A stretch of 64,000 nt of DNA from Octopus vulgaris (lineage: Eukaryota), in contig OX597816.1 of NCBI GenBank assembly GCA_951406725.2, positions 2,914,001-2,978,000 of the forward strand, given 5' to 3'. A program made the translations under genes and the position numbers. The notes beneath the pieces were generated by a model that worked only from the letters and a program-made list of their open reading frames with translations, was not told where the DNA came from and made no database searches. The first letter of the stretch is position 1. Every line of letters starts with the position of its first letter. Shown one piece after another: positions 54,981 through 64,000 of this stretch.

Positions 54981-55383
54981 ATATGGTGGAAAGTGAGTTT
55001 GTTGTTACTGTTTATCTCTCTGGTGTCCCTCGGTCTTTTCCCATTATGACCCCAGGGCTTCGTAATCCAACATGTCTTTATCTTAAGATGGTAAGGCAAT
55101 GGTTTAAGGCTGATTTGGCTAGCATTTCTTGCAGATGGGGCAACATCGTAGTGGCCCTCACAATGTCACTGTGTCACAAGTCGTCCCTGTGTGGAAATCC
55201 CAAGAACTCCATTGGTTGATCGATGTTTCTGACCAACAACAACAACAACAGCCTCAACACCTGACATCTTCTGTTTGAATAGAAAAGTGTCTTTGGGAGA
55301 AGAAAGACGCGAGACGCTGGTTTCAATTCAGGATTCAAATAACAGGTTATCATCTGATCAAACAAATTATAACACACACACAT

Positions 55384-55483
<100 letters not shown>

Positions 55484-55790
55484 AGGATGGGACCGTTGCG
55501 CCTACAATATTGTTGTTGATGTGTATGAGACGACGACGATGATGATATTGTCGTAGACAGGTCTGTGAACGGGATCCAGTTTAGCCGGTTTTGGAATTCA
55601 CCGACAGCATCGCAGTCCGATGTACGGCCGTGAGATGTGTCATCAGAATGTACAACTGGTTTCCACTGACTTTCCGTGTGCCAATCGCCGGATTTCCAAT
55701 CTAATTTGCCCCAGTTAATTAAGATTGCAGGTAAAGATGTGGTAGGGAGAAACTGGTGTGTTTGCATACATACACATATATCTATATGTA

Positions 55791-55872
<82 letters not shown>

Positions 55873-56331
55873 ATATCGAAAGAGAGAGAGATGTACACAT
55901 TTATTTATACACATAGGTATATATGTTTATACGTGCATATTTATGTAGATAGAGGGAGAGAAAGAGAGATGTATTTTAAATTAAACGTCGAGTTCCGAAC
56001 CAGCGTCGCAAGAAGAACCAGATTGACCAGGGTTGTATTTAATGGACGATTCTTTGGATGATAGGTGCTGAGTCAGTTTCAGTGTTGACCCGGTTTTATG
56101 TCGGGATTGAACAATCAGGTTTTTTTTTTTCAAGAGCATCACTTTCGTCTTGACCGCATAATGCATACAGGAACAAGAAAAGAGGGTAACTTATCTCTGC
56201 TTTGCTTAATATGGCGGTGGGGAGATTTTATTTAAATATGGCATTAAAAGTGTTGTTGGAGGAAGTCCTGTCTCTTGTGTAGAACGATGCGATTTCTATC
56301 GATCGGGGTTGGGCATATGAGTGTGTATGTG

Positions 56332-56384
<53 letters not shown>

Positions 56385-56526
56385 GTGTGTGTGTTATATA
56401 TATATATATATATATATTTTAGTTTCAGTTCAGAGCTGTGGCCATGCTGATGCACCGCCGTTTTGTGCTACACTGTTATTGCGAAGAACCTCGTCTAATA
56501 TGTGGCACTTGGTGAAGAATGGACTT

Positions 56527-56587
<61 letters not shown>

Positions 56588-56591
<4 letters not shown>

Positions 56592-56696
56592 TCTGCTCGC
56601 TTAGCCAGCGGGGTGGCGTCATTTGAAGGCTAAAACAATGCGAAGCGCATTGTGACCAGCGATGTGTAGCAACATCTGATATTCTGGTCGGTCACG

Positions 56697-56700
<4 letters not shown>
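56588..56700 (+). mobile_element. short structured element inserted in (TA)n
   Basis: ~113 bp flanked by pure TA. Hairpins acaatgcg-aag-cgcattgt and gaccag...gatgt-gtagca-acatc...ctggtc. Confidence 0.5.
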
Positions 56701-56732
<32 letters not shown>

Positions 56733-56790
56733 AAGAGAGAGAGATGCGCACATTTATTTATACATATATGTCTATTCGTGCGTATGTGTG

Positions 56791-56843
<53 letters not shown>

Positions 56844-58078
56844 AATGTGATAGAGGGAGAAAAAAAGAGATGTATTTTAAGTTAAACGTTGAGTTCCAAA
56901 CCAGCGTCGCAAGAACCAGATTGACCAGGGTCGTATTCGGCCTACAAGTACGAGGACTTTTAAGGACGGAATGCATTTTGTGTTGTGTTGCAATACATGT
57001 CGCAGTGACATCCAACAGTGGTAGCCAAAATAACGTTGGCCTTTGGATTGTTGTTGTCATCTTTGGGGCACAGTAGGGGCTGGTGGTAAGTAAAAACGAT
57101 GTGTAGTCGGTCGGGAAGGGTCTTAATGAATCCACCAAAGACCTGACACATGCAAGAGATGCACTTGGTTGTGGACTCTGAAAGGAAAGCGATGAGACTT
57201 GTCGGTGCAAGGCAGAAAGCCTGGTTGCTGTAAGGACCAATTAAAGGTATTCTGTTATGAGGAGGTCGACGAAGAAAAGATGAGAGGGGAGATGTATTGC
57301 AGCATATACAATAGTGATGATGAAAAGTAACTCATAGAGGCTGCTGTTTCCATTAACATCAGCAATCGCATCCTCCTTAGTCCCACAAACGAAAGATGAC
57401 CAGTAATACCGCAGAAGGAGATTGTGAAGAATAAGAAATGGATGAATAAGAAACGAGTGTGGCAAGTTTTTTGGAGTCGCTGGAAACCGGAAAAAAGAAA
57501 GAGACCCCTAAAGAGAAAAATGGACCACAGGGAAAAGAAAACCGGATGTTGAAGGTGGTGCCCGAATACATCATGACCTTTATACAATTCTGCATATAAT
57601 AAGCAAAGAATTGGCGGGTGAGTTAAACAGCCGACGAAAAGAGAGAAAGTGCAAAAATGCTATTTAAGCAGCGACTGTGTGGAATATACAGAAGGAAGGC
57701 CAATGGTAAAAACGACTTTTTGCGGATTACGTAGAACTCGGCTTGAATCACAAAACTGGAATTGGTTATGGAAGTTTCGATTGGGAGAATTCAGGCCCCG
57801 ACTGTATGCAATTGAAAGATAAGGATCAGAATTGTGAACAGCCCTGATTATGTCCAGGAGATTGGCTGGGAAGGGTGGGCAGTTTTTATTTGTTCGACTG
57901 CATTGGTCAAAGTGGTTGTGATGGACGAGACAAGAAGGTGTTGAAGACAGACAGCGCCCTCTGTGGCTAAGCTTTCATCAACTTTTTCAAGTTACATTTG
58001 AGAAGGAAAATGCTGAAGGGTGGATGAGAGAGGAGAGCATGGTCCAAATGCAGACCTGCTTTAGACTGGAGGTCACCT

Positions 58079-58146
<68 letters not shown>

Positions 58147-59099
58147 ATATGCCTCAATGGTCAGGGTGACCGTGGTTTTTGTGGGATTTCTACAAGAAGC
58201 TCTTTGAAGTCTTTGGCGGATGAAACGGGCGAGTGTTATTCGAGTCCAAGTAGATGAGAGCGATTATCCACTGACACTTTTCATTGCCGTTCATGGAGAG
58301 CGGTTGGAGAGGACAGGAGAGAACTTCAGTGCCAACTTTGATGGCCTGCCACAACTCAAAGGTGGATGATACGGAGTCCTACGAAAGACCAGGAATAGAA
58401 ACAGATGGAGGGAAGCGACTGAATGGGGCATCGCTTGTTTTGGATGGTATGCTCTGTGAGGATTATGCATATGATAAGCCAGAGTTATCCGTTGGCCCTT
58501 TCGGCAGACGTCTACTACAAGTGGTAGCAAAATTAGGAGAATTCCCAGTTTAATGAGACGGGGAGGGCGCGAACAAAGGGAATGTCATTGGTAATTTCCG
58601 GTTCAAGATTTTGGTTAGGGCGTTAGCGAGGTTTAGTTCCTGTTGTCGAGTGTGTAGCCGAGAAGATGGAGACATGCGTAATCTCAACCGTAATCGCCGA
58701 CAACTCCCATATCATGAGAGTGTAAGTAGTAAACTTGGCTTTGGTGAGGCCTTGACCAAAAGGGATCAGTCGTAAGTTTTCGATAGGGTCGTCCACTGTT
58801 ACTTGGCAGTTGACTTCAAGGTGATTGGTTTCAGCTTTGTTTTCAGAAGCTGGATCGCTGAAATGCACTTCGGTGGTAAGATTAACCGTTTCAAATCAAG
58901 CGCTCGTTCCTTCAAGGGTGTCCTCTAGCATTTCATCTGCATATTCTGGCTTTCCGACCACTTCTGTAGAAAACTGATGCTGAAGGATATCCCGTTTGAA
59001 CTGGGACGCGAGAAAGCAGTGTAGGTAAATGCAGACGATGCGAAACCGCGAAATCGAAGTCAACGGCACCTTTCTAAAAACTTTGACGAGCAAAAATTA

Positions 59100-59770
59100 A
59101 TATTCAATATGGATAAATCAGTGGATTTGCAGTTCAGCATTTGGAGAGGGAACTCAATGCTATTGGACAGTGCCGTGGGCCGTTGGGCAAATGGTCTTTT
59201 TAAGTTGCTTGGGTGTCTGTGATGATTTGATCCGGATCTCCAGGTGGATAGGAACTAGGATAAGGTGATGAGCAGGGTGGCCAGACCCACCCGGAAATGG
59301 GCTGAGAGGAAGTTATTCCAAAAATGTCGGGTGGATACGGCAGAGCGTTTACTATTATCGCCTGACCATCGTGCTTTATCCTCGCATTCGTCTGACGAGG
59401 ATGCAGCAGCTACTTGTTCGCTTTTGGGGGGAAACAGAGGCATTCTACTGGTCAGGCACAACCCGTCTCCTACCAACACTCTCAACACAATGAGTTCGGT
59501 ATACCGTGGTTGCTGATGCGCAGCCATGTACTGAGGCTGCAGCATCTACGAACATTCCATAACAATGAGCAGGAGAGGTTGCCTTTGGTTAAGCACATCT
59601 TCCCACGGCTGTGGTTGTGGGTTAGGCAAAGATCAAGACTAACTGCTTGGCGTCTAGAATGATGTCAAATGCTCACAGGTAACGCGGTCGTCGGAGGATC
59701 TTCCACATCAGTGTTCTTTCTATACTGGCCTAGTGGTAGGGAAGACAGACACCGTCTTCTGGGGAAACTC
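59100..59770 (+). mobile_element. Tx1-like LINE fragment
   Basis: KWAERKL and PWLLMRSHVLRLQHL parallel the 38.7-39.0 kb relic. Confidence 0.6.
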
Positions 59771-59834
59771 TAGCCATCGACAAGAATCAAGTGTCTGGTC
59801 AAGGACCAACAATAACACTTCCAGAGAAACTCGT

Positions 59835-60256
59835 ACGGCAGCTGACTTGGCAGACACCCATAAAATTATTAACCATCTTACAAACAATAACTCTGAGCAC
59901 CTTTTCAAACTCCACTCATCTAACACCCGTGGACATGTTTACATAGTCAGAAAACAGCAGAGCTCCCATGACTTTCGGAAACATTTTTTCACGCTAAGAG
60001 TTGCTGAAGCATGGAACAAACTGCCGACATCAGTTGTTAGTTGTCGGAGTACTGCATCCTTCAATACTTCCATGCTTCCTGAGATTCACCAACACTACAC
60101 CTGATTTTCTCCCCTCCATACACACGCAAGCATGTATCTGACTCATACATTGTTTACTTCCCAGACATTTGTACATTACTGCACATGCTTTATACGCGCT
60201 TTCTGACAAGTTGTGGTGCACCAGAGCACTGTATACAATAATTTCATTATTATTAT
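59835..60256 (+). mobile_element. CR1/L2-type LINE 3' end
   Basis: DLADTHKIIN...LFKL..SNTRGH...RKHFFTLRVAEAWNKLP.SVV, followed by a 3' UTR and (ATT)n tail. Confidence 0.8.
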
Positions 60257-60964
60257 AGATACGGAAATGCCGTCAACCGGGACTGCTCGAGATGCGGCCA
60301 AACTGTTTTGCACGCACTCGTTCATCGTCCGGGCTTTATTGTTTTATGGAGTTTGTCTAACATTTCTTGTAGCAAATAGGACGGGGCCGTCGTGAAGATT
60401 GCTCTACCCTCTTCTTTTGACCGGGAAGTGCAGTCAGATTTCTTCAGTCTGGTGGCTATGGCTAAAGAGGGTGTGTAGCGGATGAAACTGAAAAAAAACA
60501 AAAAAAACCCCAAAACTAAAGACAGACACCTTCTCTAATCGACAGTCGAGGGTGGTGCTACCAGTCAGCAAATTCTTTAAAGAGTGGTTGGGAGTAGCGA
60601 ATATGGTGCGTGTGAACGGGCCTATTCCGAGAATATACATAAAGGTCGGCAAACGAAGCGTTGCAGAGTTCTTACCCTCAATGGTGAGCGTCATCGAGAT
60701 TTTGTGGGTTTTCTTTGATTAACTCTAAGCATCTCTTTCTTCCCCGTTGGAGAATTTTATTTGTTTTTGTTGTTCTTTTAACAAAACCTATGTAAACCCT
60801 TCACTATGTTTCGTATCTTCGTCATTTTGTATTGTCTCAACCCTTGTGACAAATAAAGAAAATCCTTCTTCCAGGGTAAATAAAACAAGCCCCAGTGAAT
60901 TACTGGGATCGTCGAATCAATTATTCTCCTTTCCTTAAAATTGATGGCCTTGTCTCCAAATATT

Positions 60965-61995
60965 TATTTCTTTATTGCCTACAGGGGGCTAAACACAGAG
61001 AAGACAAACGAGGATTAAGTCGATTATATTGACCCCAGTGCGTAACTGGTACTTATTTAATCGACCCCGAAAGGATGAAAGGCAAAGTCGACCTCGGCGG
61101 AATTTGAACTCGGAACGTAGCGGCAGACGATATACGGTTACGCATTTCGCCCGGCGTGCTAACGTTTCTGCCAGCTCCAAATATTTTAGATTTAGACAAC
61201 GCGGTGACCTGGCTGAATCGTTAGTGCGTCGAACAAAATGCTTAGCTGTATTTTTTTCGCCTCTTTTCGTGCTGAGCTCAAATGCCGTCGAAGCCACCTT
61301 CATCTTCCCTCCTTTCAAAACCGATAAAATAAAATTAAAAAAAAAACAGCCAAGAATTAGGATCAATCTGATTGACTCCCCCGCCCCTCAAAATTTCTGG
61401 CCTTATGCTGATTATTATTATTATTAAGAACAGAAGGCAGCGAGCTGGCAGAACCGTTAGCGCACCGGATGAAATGCTTAGCAGCATTTCGTCCGTCTTT
61501 AGGTTCTGAGTTCAAATTCCGCCGAAGTCGACTTTGCCTTTCATTCTTTCGGGATCGATAAAATAAGTACCAGTTGAGTACTGGGGTCGGTGTAATCGAC
61601 TTAACACCTTCCCCGAAAATTGCTGGTCTTGTGCCAAAGTTTGAAACCATTCTTTATTCTTGGCAGAATCTTTTGGTTTTGTACCGAAGTCAGAAAACAA
61701 AATGGAAAGTTCGTCAGAAGAATGTCTTGCGGTATTTCTTTTGGTTCCCAACGTTCTGAGTTCGAATTCCACCAGGATCAACTTTGCTTTTTATCCCTCT
61801 GGGCTCAGTAAAATAAAATACCTATTTCTTTATTACCCACAAGGGGCTAAACACAGAGGGGGACAAACAAGGACAGACATAGGTATTAAGTCAATTACAT
61901 CGACCCCAGTGCATAACTGGTACTTAATTTATCGACCCCGAAAAGATGAAAGGCAAAGTCAACCTCGGCGGAATTTGAACTCAGAACGTAAAGAC
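60965..61995. mobile_element. cluster of SINE family A copies in alternating orientation
   Basis: Minus 60965-61178, plus ~61200-61410 (old), plus 61433-61650, minus 61825-61995. Confidence 0.8.
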
Positions 61996-62104
61996 AAAAA
62001 TACCATCCAAGTACTAGAATCAACTAATATCCCATCACCCACCCCCACACAAAAAAAATTTGCTGGCCTTGTACCTAAATTAGAAAGCAAATCATTATCT
62101 TTTT

Positions 62105-62143
<39 letters not shown>

Positions 62144-62214
62144 CAATGCTCTCCCGTGTATCAAACGAGGTGAAATTGAGGGTGGAGTAAAAAATAAATA
62201 AATAAATAAATGAA

Positions 62215-62470
62215 AAGGGTGGCAGCTTGCGTTAGCGGTGGCGGGGCCCTGGCTGGCCTGTTTGTCGGTCGGTCGATTGTTGCATGGCCAACAGAGAGAA
62301 CTTAACGCTAATCTACACCTCTTTCTTTCTCCCCCACCATCGCCACCATCGCCGGCGCCGCCGCCACCGCCGCCACCATCGTCGCCATCGCCACCGCCAC
62401 CAGCAGCCTGAGCTCGGCGAACGCTTGTAAACCGAAAGCGGAGCGTGAGTCCGGCTCACTGCCGTGGTTC
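62215..62470. promoter_or_regulatory. CpG-rich island, possible gene start/first exon
   Basis: Local GC/CpG enrichment with cgccaccat repeats and a strong donor-like GC|GTGAGT at 62445. Confidence 0.3.
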
Positions 62471-62932
62471 CCACGTGCCTCTGCCTCACTCCTCTCCTCT
62501 TCCTCCCACTCCTCTCTCCCTCTCCCTCCCTCCCTCTCTCTCCCTCTCTCTCCACGCTCTGCCTGTCGTTCTTTCTTTTTCTTTTCATTTACTGCCTTTT
62601 CATTTATTCTCTTTCTTTATTCACCTTCTTTCTCGCTTTCTTTTTTTCCCTTTCCTTTTCTTTTCTTTTACGATGCACGCGACCGTGAGAGTAGTGTACA
62701 CACAACCACCACCACCACTACTACTTCTACTACTACTTCAGCGTCTACGGCTGTCTCATCTTCACCACTTCAACTACCATCCATACCACACGAATAAACC
62801 ACTCACCGCATCCGTAATCAAAACACAAACTCCACCATCATCATCATCATCATCATCGTCGTTGTTGTCGAACTGCTCTAATTTCTTCCGGAATATTTTT
62901 CAGTCACTCAAACCACTCTCTCTTTCTTTCTT

Positions 62933-62966
<34 letters not shown>

Positions 62967-63594
62967 CTTCCTTCCTTCCTTCCTTTCTTTCTTTCTTTCT
63001 TTCTTTCTTCCTTCCTTCCTTCTTTCTTTCTCTCTTTCTTTCTTTCTTTCTTTCTTTCTTTCCTTCTTTCTTTCTTCTTTCCTTTCTTTCTCTCTCTTTC
63101 TTTCTCTCTCTCTCCCTATTTCTTTCTTTCTCATTCTCTCTCTCTCTTTCTCTCTCTCCCCCTCTCTCTCTCTCATTCCCTCCTCTCCTCTCCACTCGTA
63201 TCCCCTTATTTGCCAACCCTTTCAACAATATTACGTCTTCATGTTTACCATTACCAATTCTCCATTTCCATTCATCTCGCCATCCATCTGCCTGTCTGCC
63301 TGCCTGTCTGTATGTATGTCTGCCCACACACACACACACACACGCACACACACAATTCTTATGTATATATATATATGTATCTATACATGTGTGTGCGTGC
63401 ATGTGAATGTGAATGTGCGTGGGCATGTATGCGTGACGGCGTGTTGTCGGGTGTCCGTTTCTTCATCAGGTATTAGGAGGGGGAGGGCGAGTCTGCTTTT
63501 AAGTTGGTCAACAGGAACTTTGACCTGTGGCGGTAAAATGGGACCGAGATCGGGGTCGGATCCTTTGTTTTGGGCTTGGATTAAGGGAAATAAG

Positions 63595-63865
63595 GTGTCG
63601 CAGCAGATCTTGGATCCGTTTCTACTATACACAGGTGCATTGATTGTCAATGTTCACGTTCTGTTTGCGCTTATTCCTGCATCTTTTAACTCCAAAACCT
63701 GTTGAAATATTGTTTCATCGTGACGGAATGAGCTTTTGTGTTGGTGCATGCAGTCTTTGAACGTGTTTCCTGTTAACATTTCAAAGCCGGTGAAGTTGTG
63801 GTCGGTGGATAAATCGGCGCGCTACACTGTTTCGCTTTCGATGAAACTGTACGGAAACTCGTCGT
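63595..63865 (-). mobile_element. Penelope-like element GIY-YIG endonuclease relic
   Basis: One minus frame reads TV*RADL...LTGNTFKDCMHQHKSSFRH...LELKDAG...T*TL..NAPVY..GSKICC. This resembles the PLE endonuclease pattern VYKA..GLTxNTFKxRxxQHxSSFR..W.LK..W.I..A..Y..SK.C. Confidence 0.6.
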
Positions 63866-64000
63866 ATACATACATATGTTCATGCATGCATGTATACATA
63901 CATACATACATACATATATACATACATACATACATACATACATACATACATGTTATATATTAATAATTACTGGTATCTTTATATATTAATATATTTTAAT

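Noticed and set aside
62445-63476. 343-aa ORF
   Set aside because: Mostly CT/CTTT/CA simple repeats with a non-ATG start.

Overview
This is AT-rich, repeat-saturated animal genomic DNA. The SINE families and extreme (TA)n/(CA)n/(TAA)n load look like Octopus/coleoid cephalopod, which is an inference from repeat familiarity. Almost all track ORFs are microsatellite or transposon artefacts. One convincing host coding exon is present (19345-20138, +): a terminal exon encoding a Ser/Asn-rich region ending in a hydrophobic C-terminal membrane segment. There are also weak candidate exons and promoters. The rest is at least three tRNA-derived SINE families, decayed LINEs (CR1-like, Tx1-like, R4/Dong-like in TAA repeats, RTE-like), a Ty3/gypsy relic, mariner/Tigger/hAT relics, a MITE with 8-bp TSD, a Helitron 3' end and a Penelope GIY-YIG fragment. 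The main observation is a dispersed population of short, non-coding elements, mostly in or next to (TA)n tracts, that carry minimal type-I hammerhead ribozyme motifs (CUGANGA...GAAA...UH). Many are fold-back inverted repeats, so each strand encodes one hammerhead plus its antisense (best cases 35055-35212, 15923-16326, 48880-49083). All calls were made by eye, with no searches or folding computations.
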